A stretch of 64,000 nucleotides of DNA from Mobula hypostoma (Eukaryota), in contig NC_086097.1 in assembly GCF_963921235.1 (NCBI RefSeq), positions 122,824,001 through 122,888,000 of the forward strand. Direction: 5' to 3'. Both the position numbers and the translations under genes were made by a program. The notes under the pieces were generated by a model. It was given only the letters and a program-made list of their open reading frames with translations. It was not told where the DNA came from and did not search any database. Numbering within the stretch: the stretch's first letter is position 1; every line of letters starts with the position of its first letter. Below are positions 11,429-22,155 of this stretch, one piece after another.

Positions 11429-12658
11429 TCAACACCTTGACAGACAGTCAGCAATCACATTTTCCGTTCCTTTTATATGTTTTATTTGAATATCAAGTTC
11501 CTCTAAGACCAGGCTCCAACTTAACAACCTTTTGTTTTTATCCTTCACAGTGGCCAAAAACACTAATGGGTTGTGATCAGTGTAAATTATTAGTGGTTTC
11601 TGTGCCAGACAGAAATAACAAAGGTCGTCCCACACAAACTTCGCATTCTTTTGCAAGAGCTTAGTAAGAGGGAGGGTAATATCCGCAAAGTTTTTGCAAA
11701 ACTTCCAATAGTACCCCACCATCCCCAAGAACCTTCTCAGGGCTCTCTTGTCTGTCGGGGTGGGGACTTCAGAGATAGCCCACACCTTAGCCTGCATCGG
11801 TGCCAGCTGCACCTGTCCTACCACAAATCCCCTATAAGTGACCTTCGCGTGGCCGACTTCACTTTTTGCGAGGTTCACTGTCAGGCTGGCTTCAAACAGC
11901 TGTTTAAGCAGTTCCTCTACTGCCACAATGTGCCCCTCCCACGTGTCACTCCAGACCACTAAATCGTCAATATATGCTTCTGCGTTCTTTAGCCCTTTTA
12001 TCACTGAATTAATCATCCTATAGGGGTGTTGCTTACTAGGCTGACCTGATGTGAAAACAACACCATGTACCGGCTCTTTGCATCGCCTCAGGACATCCGG
12101 ACATAGGTCTGCATGCCGGTTAATTAGCTTTCTCAGCGGCTTGCTCTGTTCGGGGGTTAAGGGAGAGACCTTATCAGCAAAGCTGGCCAAAAAAATAGAG
12201 TTCTCCCATCTGGTCGGCACCATACTTATCTTTTCAAAATGGGTTTTCCCCTTATCAGGTGGCACCCTAGCCTCATTAATTTTCGTGATAACACCGACTA
12301 GGTCTGCTCGCTTATCATGGCAAGCTGTTAACATATCAATAAACTGTAACCGTGTGGGCTCACGTCTACAATAGTCAACAGCATCCTTCCTCCTGTGTGG
12401 CCAGTAAAACTCTTTCATGATTCTATCGACTGTCTTCCTCACCCCAAAACGTCCACCGAGGGGTATCTTGTGGGCTAGGTTAAAAATCTCGCCCCTATAA
12501 ATTTTTGGCACTACCGCCTGGTGCACCACCACCCATTCCTCAGCTGCGGGCACGGTACTTGGTCTCCATTTCCTCCTTAGTACTCCCTGCTTCACATAAT
12601 AGCCCACTGGCTCCCTTTTTAATTCTGCTTCAGAGAGAGCCGTCTCCGTCAAAACCAT
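11429..12658 (-). CDS. pol: Deleted pol fusion ORF: integrase Zn-finger / IN tail / RT C-half / RNase H end
   Basis: LAHKIPLGG..FYWP..DYCR, then QHPYRM|INSVI, YIDDLVVWS, FLGMVGYY, YTDHNPL, ENVIADCLSR in one 409-aa open frame. Lacks the IN catalytic core and RT N-half. Confidence 0.85.
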   Translation of the reverse strand: MVLTETALSEAELKREPVGYYVKQGVLRRKWRPSTVPAAEEWVVVHQAVVPKIYRGEIFNLAHKIPLGGRFGVRKTVDRIMKEFYWPHRRKDAVDYCRREPTRLQFIDMLTACHDKRADLVGVITKINEARVPPDKGKTHFEKISMVPTRWENSIFLASFADKVSPLTPEQSKPLRKLINRHADLCPDVLRRCKEPVHGVVFTSGQPSKQHPYRMINSVIKGLKNAEAYIDDLVVWSDTWEGHIVAVEELLKQLFEASLTVNLAKSEVGHAKVTYRGFVVGQVQLAPMQAKVWAISEVPTPTDKRALRRFLGMVGYYWKFCKNFADITLPLTKLLQKNAKFVWDDLCYFCLAQKPLIIYTDHNPLVFLATVKDKNKRLLSWSLVLEELDIQIKHIKGTENVIADCLSRC

Positions 12659-13027
12659 TAGCTCTTCGTCTCACTCCTGTGCCTGTATAAATTCCTTCCT
12701 TGCTAATGATAAGTCTACCTCAACTTCTGTTTCACTACACCCCTTCTTCTCACTTTCTAACCCCTCCTGGTACAAGGCTGGTAAAAACGTCTCAGCTAAA
12801 TCTACATTCGCTTTGGCAGCCTTTCTGGACATGCTCCAACTCACTACGCAAACGGGATAAACTTGTGGGTCCATGGGCGGGGCCTCAATCCTGGTAGGCT
12901 GGTTTGTCAGATTTACTGCTGAGAACACATTTCCGCTGGCGAGGTCATTACCGAGTAAGACTTCCACGTCTTCCATCGGTAGTTCAGGCCTCACCCCAAT
13001 TATGACCAGTCTGGAGACCATCGCTTT

Positions 13028-14461
13028 TTAGGTGTATCTGGTGCAAAGGTGGTGCAAAGGTACTGCTTCAGTCCCTTTCCCAATGCCTTTTATCACACTG
13101 ACCTCCCCAGTCTCAGTCTCTGAACTAAAGTCTAAAACACTCCTTAAGATCAGTGACTGACAAGCTCCAGTATCTCTCCAGATCCGTACTGGAACTGGGT
13201 TTAACCCCTCCTTCACCGACACCAATCCGGCTGAAATAAACTTCTTGCGCCCTTCTTGAACTTTATCAGACCTCTTCTCCCCTAGCAGTTTGTTTGCCAG
13301 CTCAATACAGCCAGTCAGAACTGTCGTTTTTCCTTTCCCTGTCTCCTCCTTTGGGGCAAAGCACCTGGACGCAAAGTGACCAGCTTTCCCACAATTATAG
13401 CATACGACCCCAGGAGACTTCCTACCAAACTGCTCCTGGTCTTCCTTATCCTTCTCAATAGTCCCCGGCTTACTTTCTGACTTTTCCGGCGGACTCTCCC
13501 CGCCCTCTTGACTACCCTTCTGGTAGCTTTTACTTGGGGTAAACTTCGCTTTGTGCATTAACGTGCATTCATCTGCTAACTTAGCAGTTGCGGCTAAGGT
13601 TTCTGCTTCTTTCTCATCTAGATAGGGCCTCATACCTTCAGGGACACAACTTTTAAACTGCTCAATCAGTATTAGCTGTAGAAGTCTGTCATAATCCCCA
13701 CTGACCCCTTTCGAGGCACACCAACACTCACAATACATCTGCATCTCACGGGCAAACTCTACATATGTGCGGCCCCACTGCTTCCTCACATTCCGGAACC
13801 TCTGCCGGTATGCCTCCGGGACCAACTCATAAATCCTGAGTAAGCCCTCTTTCACCACATCATACCTCTGGGCATCTTCTGCGGACAAGGCCGAGTAAGC
13901 TTGCTGGGCTTTTCCTTTAAGTACGCTCTGAAGCAAAACAGCCCACTTATCCCTTGGCCAGTTCTGACTTGCAGTGACTTTTTCAAAATGTAGAAAGTAC
14001 CGATCCACATCGGTATCGTCAAATGGGGGAACCAGCCTAACCTCCTGGGTCGCCCTGAACCCTCCACCTTGGTTCTGCATGGGCCCCTGCGCTAGCATCA
14101 TCCTTAACTTCTCCAGCTCAAGTTCCCTTTCCTTCTGTTCCTCTCTCTCTTGCCGTTCTAACAGCTTCTCTTCTTGTTCTAGCTGCCTTACCCAGAACTC
14201 GTGCTCGAGTCTCAATTTTTCTATCTGCAGCTGTACTGCTTCTCCACCAGGTTTGCCCATAGATACCACCTCCAGCTCCCCGTGGGGAAACACACCTTTA
14301 GATACATAATGCTCTATGATAGCTCTGTCCACCTCCCCTCTCCTCATGGTCGACGTCCCCTTAAAAAGATTCAACCGTTTGGCAACAGTTGCCAATTCTG
14401 ATTTCCTGGCATCCTCTAATGCCTCCAAGGTTGGCACTTTTAGAAATTCCTCAATCTCCAT
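13028..14461 (-). CDS. gag: Gag with SCAN domain and CCHC knuckle, fused to aspartic protease
   Basis: 477-aa ORF: PEAYRQRFR..LILIEQF..AKLADE (SCAN-like), CYNCGKAGHFASRC, RDTGACQSLI. Confidence 0.9.
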   Translation of the reverse strand: MEIEEFLKVPTLEALEDARKSELATVAKRLNLFKGTSTMRRGEVDRAIIEHYVSKGVFPHGELEVVSMGKPGGEAVQLQIEKLRLEHEFWVRQLEQEEKLLERQEREEQKERELELEKLRMMLAQGPMQNQGGGFRATQEVRLVPPFDDTDVDRYFLHFEKVTASQNWPRDKWAVLLQSVLKGKAQQAYSALSAEDAQRYDVVKEGLLRIYELVPEAYRQRFRNVRKQWGRTYVEFAREMQMYCECWCASKGVSGDYDRLLQLILIEQFKSCVPEGMRPYLDEKEAETLAATAKLADECTLMHKAKFTPSKSYQKGSQEGGESPPEKSESKPGTIEKDKEDQEQFGRKSPGVVCYNCGKAGHFASRCFAPKEETGKGKTTVLTGCIELANKLLGEKRSDKVQEGRKKFISAGLVSVKEGLNPVPVRIWRDTGACQSLILRSVLDFSSETETGEVSVIKGIGKGTEAVPLHHLCTRYT

Positions 14462-14537
14462 TTCTGCTGTTTGCCCTTTCTTTCTTTCGGGAATTTTAAC
14501 CCAATCAATTTACCCAGTCCCAAATTTGGCATTCAAA

Positions 14538-14554
14538 ATCCCGGACGAGCCCCA
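14538..14554 (-). promoter_or_regulatory. Primer binding site, tRNA-Pro type
   Basis: Minus strand TGGGGCTCGTCCGGGAT just inside the 5' LTR; one G short of the canonical tRNA-Pro PBS TGGGGGCTCGTCCGGGAT. Confidence 0.85.
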
Positions 14555-14559
14555 ACTTA

Positions 14560-15386
14560 CGTTACGTACCCTGTAACTGGGTCGCCAAACCAGCAGAAAT
14601 GGACCACTAGTTGGAGTCTGGATTAACAGAACTAATAAAGTTTTATTAAAGAAATAAGTAACACAGTACTCTAATCATAAGGATAGAAATGCAACAGATT
14701 AGCAATGATAAAACACACATGTACACAGAACAAGGGTAATAGGAATCAACCAAGCTCTATCGCAGTCTAGGGGTTAAATGATCAGTTTTAAGTGACGCAG
14801 AGTTCAGTTCAGCTTAATGCAGTTCGCAGTAATTGCTGTTGTGCCGTTGGAGAGAGAGAGAGAATGCAAATTTTGATTCAAACGGACCTTTGATGTTCTT
14901 CACAGTTAACTTTTGGGCAAAACCTTTTATGTCTTCTGTGATCATTGACTGTGACCTCTCCGTTCCGGATATGACCTTTCCTCCGCGGTGAACCCGACAC
15001 CCAGGCAAGGGCGGACACACACACCAGGTTCCCGCCGATCGTCCCTTTTCACCCTGTCAGTCTATGGTCAGTTCTCTCGAACCAGACATCCAACTTCCAC
15101 CAACTTGTGGGGGCACACCGCTCTTCCAGGGTCTTGTTATCTTGTGATCTCGTGGTGTGTCGTGCCTTAGCGAACCTGTTCTTTTTATCCCCCTGCTGGG
15201 TATCACCTGTCCATCAAACTTCAAACAGTTCAGGTTCAAAGCAACCGGTCTGTCAATATTCTGAACTGTGTTTCTTTTCTGTTATCTCTCTCTTCTCTCT
15301 CATTAACATTTTGAACATTCCTCCATTGTCTCCCTTATCTCTTTCTCATTGGCATCAATCTTCTGATAACTAAGTTTGTCGTCACA
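14560..15386 (-). repeat. 5' LTR of Gmr1-like element
   Basis: (C)GTTACG...GTCACA followed by TSD GCGT. Confidence 0.95.
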
Positions 15387-16944
15387 GCGTACAGTACCTT
15401 CTTTATTTATGAATGGCTCTTGCTGATGAATTAGAACAAAACAAAATATTTTTCATTACTATAGTTTATGTCTGAATATGTTAATTTAAGTTTATGTTAG
15501 CTTGTCTGCTACAAAAAGCTAGCGTTCATGGTATTTATACCCTCTATATGTATGTCTATGGCAATAAACTTCAATTTCAGATTCACATTCATTTATTTGC
15601 TACATCTATATTGAAACATACGGTGAAACGCGTTGTTTGCATTAACAATCAACGCCACCCAAGGAAAGGAAGCAGAGTCGACTTTGCCTTCAACCCATAG
15701 GATCAGACAAAGTGTTTAGATGCATTTGCCTACATTGTGGCTTCAAAGTTCGAAGTAAATTTATTATCGAAGTATGCATATGACAACTTCTACCTTATAC
15801 TAACTTGAGATTCTTTTTTTTGCAGGCATTCACAAGAAAACAAACAAATGCAATAGAATCATGAAAAAGTACACACAAACAAAGTAGTAGCAGTATGGTC
15901 TCTCGAGATGAGTATGATGCCCTCCTAAGGGGTTGTCTATTGGCGGGTCCTCAGGTGGCTTTAGAGGTCAATCTGGGATCCACATATTCTGATGCAGTCT
16001 TGCCAGGAGTAAGCGATGGTTTTGGGCAATGGTTGAGTCATTTGGTTTTTCACTCTCTCCTTTCGCAGCTACCATTTGTTCTCTGTGGCACAGAAAAGCT
16101 CATTCTCATGTAGCGCTGTTTCCTCTTGAATCTATTGAGTGTAATATCTTCCCAAAGTTAGGAATGTTGCTAGAAGGACTTGGTTTATATGGGGCACCTT
16201 CCAGTATATCATTAGCAAAACATGGATGTTTGATTAATTATTATTCCTGGAACAATATGTTTCTGTTTCCTACATGTTGCTCCCTTGTAGCCTGAAATGG
16301 CTAAAATCACATGGTCAGTGTAGGTGTAAGATTTGGTCAGAAGTATTCAGATGAATTCTGGTGTGGCAATAAACACAACAAAGGAAAAGTCACAGCTGCC
16401 ATTTTGTGACTTGCAATGGATGTTGGATCCTGTTCTATGATCCAATTTTTTGGTCAATGTTTCCTTCTCTCAAAAAGGAAATTCACTGCTCATTATCACT
16501 CCACAGAAAATAGGTGAACCATGTGACACCTTGCACATGAACAATCTGATATATGTATCAAGTTGCATAATGATGAAAACTTGGCTAATGAAGATTATAT
16601 TTAAATAATTCTCTCCTGATGGCATATTTTCAGCATTTAGTAACACACAATTGTTTTCTATCGTTTTTGGGAAGATGAGATCACAATGAAGATCTGTATG
16701 TTACCTAGGCTTGGGGTCAGAGTTACTAGCAGCTGATGAATTTACCTCCGACCTGGCAGCACCTTCCTGCATTTAGTATCTAATGACAAAGTCCATCTGC
16801 GCTGAAATCCTTCAAGTGTCACATGAAACACTGCTTTATTACAATGGTTATCTACTCCATTTTGTCCTTAATGGAAATTGGAGTCAGACACATATGAGTA
16901 AAATCAAAATGGTAGGAGTACCTAACAATACTAACTGGATAAAA

Positions 16945-17420
16945 TCTATAAACACAAGAGATACTGGAAATCCAGAGCAACAACGCACAAAATGCTGGAG
17001 GAACTCAGAAGCTCAGGCAGCATCTATGAAAATGAATAGACAGTCAGCATTTTGTGCTGAGACTCATCATCAGGACTGGATTGGAAGGGGGAAGGGGGAA
17101 GGGGGAAGAAGTGGGGCGGGGTGGGGGAAGAGGGGAAGCAGTACCAGCTGTCAGGTTAAAATCTGAGAGCAGATGAGGTGGAAGGTGGGTGGGTGGAGGA
17201 GTGGGGGTTTAGGTGAAAAGCAGGGAGGTGAGAGGTGGAAGGGGTAAAGAGCTGAAGAAGAAGGTATCTGATAGGGGGGAGAGTGGACCATGAGAGAAGG
17301 GGAAAGAGGAAGAGCACCAAAGGGAAGTGATGGGCAGGTGATGGAAGAGATGAAATGTGAGGCCAGAATGGGGAATGGGAAAAGAGAGAGGTGGGAGGGG
17401 GGAAGAAATTACAGGCAGTT
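16945..17420 (-). mobile_element. Penelope-like element terminal fragment
   Basis: AAATGCTGGAGGAACTCAG..GGCAGCATCTATG..CATCAGGACTGG plus a GA-rich tract, shared with the copies at 20305 and 37578 that carry GIY-YIG remnants. Confidence 0.7.
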
Positions 17421-17553
17421 AAAGAAATATTGAGACTAAAATCCTAAAATGAGTCCTCCTTCTGTACCAAGTGTTTTTTAAACATGAGTCATAAACAGAA
17501 AAATGAGTTGAGAATTCAAGAATCAATAGGTCGTAATTGTTTTGCCTCTTCAG

Positions 17554-17629
17554 AGGATGCCAAATGAAATGTATTCTTGTCCAAAATGATACCCCATATG
17601 AAGCCTTCATGTTGGAATATGTATTTAAG
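17554..17629 (+). CDS. Candidate internal exon of host gene (phase 2-0)
   Basis: Acceptor ttttgcctcttcag, donor AAG|gttaga. Only open frame GCQMKCILVQNDTPYEAFMLEYVFK. Phase matches the 8197 and 39794 candidates. Confidence 0.45.
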
Positions 17630-17828
17630 GTTAGAGATAATTGCCTGCACCAGCTTGATAGTGAGATTCATTATAGAGATGAAGTTCAAAACAAAATGCT
17701 CATGTGAGCAGTTTGTAACACTGCAGAAGCCTTATATGTTACACTGAGAACAGTCAGTGCCAGAGGTCGATATCTCAAACAATGAGTCATTTAAATGTTA
17801 ATCATTACAGATAGCAGGAGACTGTCAG

Positions 17829-17829
<1 letters not shown>

Positions 17830-17876
<47 letters not shown>

Positions 17877-18102
17877 ACGTACACATGCACACATGCATAC
17901 ACGCACACGCACTCACCCACACGTACGCACACACATATACACACACAGACATACACACGCATATACATGCTCGCACGCACATAGACGCGCACATATACAT
18001 AAACACATGCACACACACACTCACACATGTATACATGCACACATGCACGCACACACACACGTACTCACACACATATACGTGAACACCCCATGCACACATA
18101 CG

Positions 18103-18136
<34 letters not shown>

Positions 18137-18180
18137 TACTTACACATGCATACATACATACACACGCACACATATACGCG

Positions 18181-18222
<42 letters not shown>
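17830..18222. repeat. Compound (CA)n microsatellite / alternating purine-pyrimidine tract
   Basis: Pure (CA)n blocks at both ends with degenerate CA/TA/CG units between. Confidence 0.97.
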
Positions 18223-18224
<2 letters not shown>

Positions 18225-19129
18225 CAGAATTAAGACTGCAAGAACATCTCTGACGCAGGGAAACAATTACCGATGGCAGCTGTGATAAATCTTAATGCAT
18301 TTAAACATTCCTAAATTAACACAAGCTGTAGCTATATTTTCTAACCGTTGCTACTCCTGAGATCCAGTGTTGATACCTTTTCCCTGTTGTGCCAGCATGA
18401 GGCAAAAGAGAGAAGAAATAGACTTCCATTTACATAATAGCATTGACACCTTCAGGACTTTATAGACACGGATGTAACATAAACATGTTTGAAGTAGCGA
18501 TTGAGACAGTGACATCTTACAGGGCGGGAACCATTTGATAACAGCAAGTCTCCTTGGGAGCGAGTCATTTTTTGAAATCGTGAATGAGAGAATAACGTCT
18601 TGCAGGGTGGGAGCCATTTGTAAACTGTAAGTCTCTTCAGGAGTGAGTCTTATTTGAGCCAATAAAAACAAAGGAGGTGCAAGCAGGGCAGCCATTGTGT
18701 GAGTGGGCCAGTGACAGAGTGGTCAGGCTTTTGGTTCTAAAGTCTTCAATGAGAACAGGCATAGGCTAAAGGTGCTGAATATTTTGAAGGTATTTAGTTG
18801 ATTGCAGAACTTAAGCTTAAGAACTTAGAGCCAAAGATCTTACTGTCTTGTAAAATATGCAGGTAGTCTTGGATTGGAGGATCATGCATTATAGCAAAAA
18901 TGGAATCAAAACAAAATTGATAGTAAAAATAATGTAGATAATTATTTAAAGTTCACATTTTGTAACATTTTTTAAGCAAAACCTACTCATACTTTGATTT
19001 GATGTGGAGCAGAATGCTCTAGTGATCACTTTTGGATAAAATTGTAGTTTGTAAAATTGAACCTGGTTATTTTAAAAAGAATAGTTGTATTGTCACATGT
19101 ATATCAAAGCATGTTGTGACATTCTGCAT

Positions 19130-19388
19130 AAAATCAAACATCTAGGGTAGTGCTGGGCAGCCCACAATTGTCACCATGCTTCCAGCGCCAAAATAGCGTG
19201 CCCACAACACTCTAACCCTAACCGTAACATCTTTGGAATGTGGGAGGAAACTGAAGCACCCTGAGGAAATCCACACTGTCAGAGGAAGAGCGTGCAAACT
19301 CCTTACAGACAACAGTGGGAATCAAACCCCAATCTAGAAGTTAGTGCTGTAGTAGTCACATTAACTGCTATGCTACTATGCTGCCCCA
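19130..19388 (-). mobile_element. tRNA-derived V-SINE (HE1-like)
   Basis: Minus strand starts GGGGCAGCATAGTAGCATAGCAGTTAA (A-box-like)..GGTTTGATTCCC (B-box-like), then V-domain-like TGGATTTCCTCAGGGTGCTTCAGTTTCCTCCCACATTCCAAAGA. Related fragments near 40150-40320, 43030-43150, 50440-50500, 50690-50785 and 57750-57850. Confidence 0.7.
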
Positions 19389-19542
19389 TTATTTCTGGCA
19401 ATGATCATTCACATTGGGGCTTGTAAATTTTCCTCAGTATCAGACCTGTGCCATTGAGCATCTCCGGCCATGCAATATCCCTTATGGAATGTGCAAGGAG
19501 TTTTGGTGCTCATTTATTTACTATTTACATCAAAGATCCATA

Positions 19543-20243
19543 TGTAGCCCCCCGACAAGCCTCAGGGTCGCTCGACTCACTGTCATCGAGGGGAAACAGC
19601 CCTCGGCCCCGCCAAACTGGGTAATTAAGTTTGTGTGGCTGCTGTGTGATATACCCCACCCCGCCAAATAACAGACAATGCACCATATACGATTAAATGA
19701 ATTACAGTTTATAGATATTACTGGAACTATATAATTAATAGAGGTAAAAAATAAAAGAAAAGTTAAAGGCGCCACACTTATCAAAGTCCAATCTCTTCGT
19801 GCACACAGTTGGAGCTGTAGTAATGATCCTCTCTTCACCATACGATCACTTCATCCCGCCACCTGGGACCACCCATGGTGGTCGACCAGATGCTCCACAC
19901 GAGTCTGTCTTTGTCTCCTCTCCTCGCCGAAGACCCTGAACCTCGGACTCCGGCTCAGGACCGGCCCGTCGACCCACTCACAGCATCCTGTTCGCTCTCT
20001 CTGTCTCCATCGGGCCTTCCATCCAAAAACCCGTGCATCAATAGCTTAGAGACACACAAGAAAGAATAACATGGACACCCATTGGTTCATTCACTCTCTT
20101 ATCAATAATATAACCCAAACAAGCTACTAGCGAGAGAACTTTCTCAGCATTTAACATAACAAAGGAGCCATTTTAACTATAACATAACAAATAAGCTATT
20201 TTAATCAGCCTATGCAGTATCATAAAAGAAGAAACCCCTTACA
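19543..20243. mobile_element. Solo LTR
   Basis: TGTAG...TTACA with 4-bp TSD CATA (19539-19542, 20244-20247). Reverse-complement relative at 58227-58949. Confidence 0.9.
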
Positions 20244-20304
20244 CATAGAAGGGAATAAAATGGATTGTTCCCAAGTTTGTTGATGATATGAAAATAGGTG
20301 AATG

Positions 20305-20900
20305 GACATAAACTCAGGAGATTCTGCAGATGTTGGAAATCTTGAGGAATACACAGAAAGTGCTGGAGGAACTCAGCATATCAGGCAGCATCTATGAAGA
20401 GGAATGAACTGTCGATGTTTCAGGCCAAGACCTTCATCAGTACTGTAAAGGAAGGGGGAAGAATCCAGAATAAGAAGCTGGGGAGTGGAGAAATAGTACA
20501 ACCTAGCAGCTGACAGCTGAAGCCAGGCGAGGGAAGGTGGGTGGGTGGGTGGGAGAGGTGGGGGAGAAAGTATGAAGCTGTAAAGTGAGAAGTAGGTGGA
20601 TCATGGGAGAAAGGGAAGGAGGAGCAGCACTAGAGGGAGGTGATGGGCAGGTGAGAAGCGAAGGGCTAAGAGGGGAGACTACCGAAAGCTGGAGAAGTCA
20701 ATGTTCATTCCATCATGTTGGAGGGTACTGAGGTGGAATATGATCCATTGCTCCTACAGTTTGATCGAGGACTCGTTATAACTGTAGAGGAGGCCAAGGA
20801 CCAACTGGGAACAGAGAGTCAGAATAGGAATAGGTGGTTGAATTGAATTGAGTAGCCACCAGGAAATCCAAAGTTTTCTGAAGGAAGGGCATGTTGTGAT
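20305..20900 (-). mobile_element. Penelope-like element 3' fragment (GIY-YIG C-terminus plus terminal repeat)
   Basis: Minus strand EQWIIFHLSTLQHDGMNIDF, followed by the terminal repeat containing a hammerhead core. Confidence 0.8.
20408..20446 (-). ncRNA. Minimal type I hammerhead ribozyme motif
   Basis: acagta-CTGATGA-agg tcttgg cct-GAAA-c-ATC-gacagt. Core and helix II intact; helix I imperfect. Confidence 0.65.
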
Positions 20901-21009
20901 TGTCATTCATAGATTGAATAACTGGGTGATAACTTGGAAAGTGTCTTTTAATGTGGAGAAGTGTGACATCATGTACTTCAGGAGGAGAGATCAAATTCTA
21001 GATTATTGT

Positions 21010-21620
21010 CTCGTGATTCAATATTGTTCAATATAATTTCCAGGAAACAGGTGTAAAGGAGGACAAAATTATTATTATTCCAAATTGGATGCAGCGCAAA
21101 ATAAATATAATACGAAAAAGAACATAATTTTAAAAACAATAAATATAAATACATAAGATAGCTTACATACATCGATTGGACATAAAGTGACGCTGGGTAC
21201 AGGGGTATCTATACATAAAGTAACTCTGACAGGAATTGATAAAGTAGTGGTGATGGTGTGGTTGAGTGGGTGGAGGTGTTGATCAGCCTTACGGCTTGGG
21301 GAAAGTAACTGTTTTTGAGTTTGGTGGTTCTGGTGTGGATGCTACACAGCCTCCTCCCCGATGAGAATGGGTCAAAGAGTCCATGAGCAGGGTGGTGGCA
21401 TCCTTCATGATACTGTTGGCCTTTTTATGTATATACATCCTTGATGGCCGGAGATGCGTTGGGAAATTTTGACTAGCCATTGTAGAGCTTTCCTGTCTGC
21501 TGCAGTGCAGTTTCGTACCTGGCAGTGATGCAATATGTTCGGATGGTCTCCACTGCACATCCAAACAAGGCCCTGAGTATTGATGTGCATTGAACAAGCT
21601 GCTTCAACCTATCAGAATGT
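21010..21620 (-). mobile_element. Rex1/Babar-like LINE 3' fragment
   Basis: NCTAADRKALQ..KANSIMKD..PSGRR-type motifs on the minus strand, frameshifted. Confidence 0.65.
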
Positions 21621-21784
21621 AGACATCCTCTCCACACCTGCTCTACCTAAGCCTTTCAGTATTCAATAGGTTTCAATGAGATCCCTCCTCATTCTTCTAA
21701 ATTCCACTGAGTATAAGAGCAAGCCATCAAATGTTCCTTATACGATAACCCTTTCATTCCCGGAATCATTCCCATGAAGCTCAA

Positions 21785-22155
21785 GAGAATATTGGAGGGA
21801 GATTGAGTGGTGCCACAATAATAACCTCTCACTCAATGTCAGCAGGACCAAGGAGGTGATTATTGACTTCAGGAGAAAGAAACCAGACCTCATTGGGGGA
21901 ACCAAGCAACACACACAGAAAATGCTGGTGAACGCAGCAGGCCAGGCAGCATCTATAGGAAGAGGTACAGTTGGCGTTTCGGGCCGGGACCCTTCATCAG
22001 GACTCACTGGGGGATGAGAGGTGGAGAGGGTCAGCAACTTTAAATAACACAGTGTTATCATTTTAAAGGATCTGCCCTGGGTCCTTCATCTAAGTGCCAT
22101 TATGAAGAAAGCACGGCAGCACCTCTACTTTCTTAGACGTTTGCAAAGATTTGAT
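21785..22155 (+). mobile_element. Rex1/Babar-like RT fragment interrupted by a Penelope mini-insertion
   Basis: WCHNNNLSLNVSRTKEVIIDFRR..VERVSNFK..KKARQHLYFLRRL. Confidence 0.75.
21901..22002 (-). mobile_element. 102-bp Penelope-derived insertion carrying a hammerhead core, with 12-bp TSD
   Basis: Flanked by CTCATTGGGGGA (21889-21900) and CTCACTGGGGGA (22003-22014). Minus strand agtc-CTGATGA-aggg tcccgg ccc-GAAA-cGCC-aact. Confidence 0.8.

Larger units (their letters stand above)
10482..15386 (-). mobile_element. Gmr1-like Gypsy LTR retrotransposon, internally deleted (non-autonomous)
   Basis: Two ~828-bp LTRs (10482-11309, 14560-15386); 4-bp TSD GCGT (10478-10481, 15387-15390); tRNA-Pro-type PBS; PPT GAAGGATAGGGG (minus, 11310-11321); gag-SCAN-CCHC-protease, then the IN zinc finger upstream of RT/RH. 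Confidence 0.95.

Noticed and set aside
17795..18285. His/Thr- and Cys/Val-rich ORFs
   Set aside because: Translations of the (CA)n microsatellite.
19330..19388. tRNA-like A/B boxes
   Set aside because: Head of a V-SINE; no complete cloverleaf.
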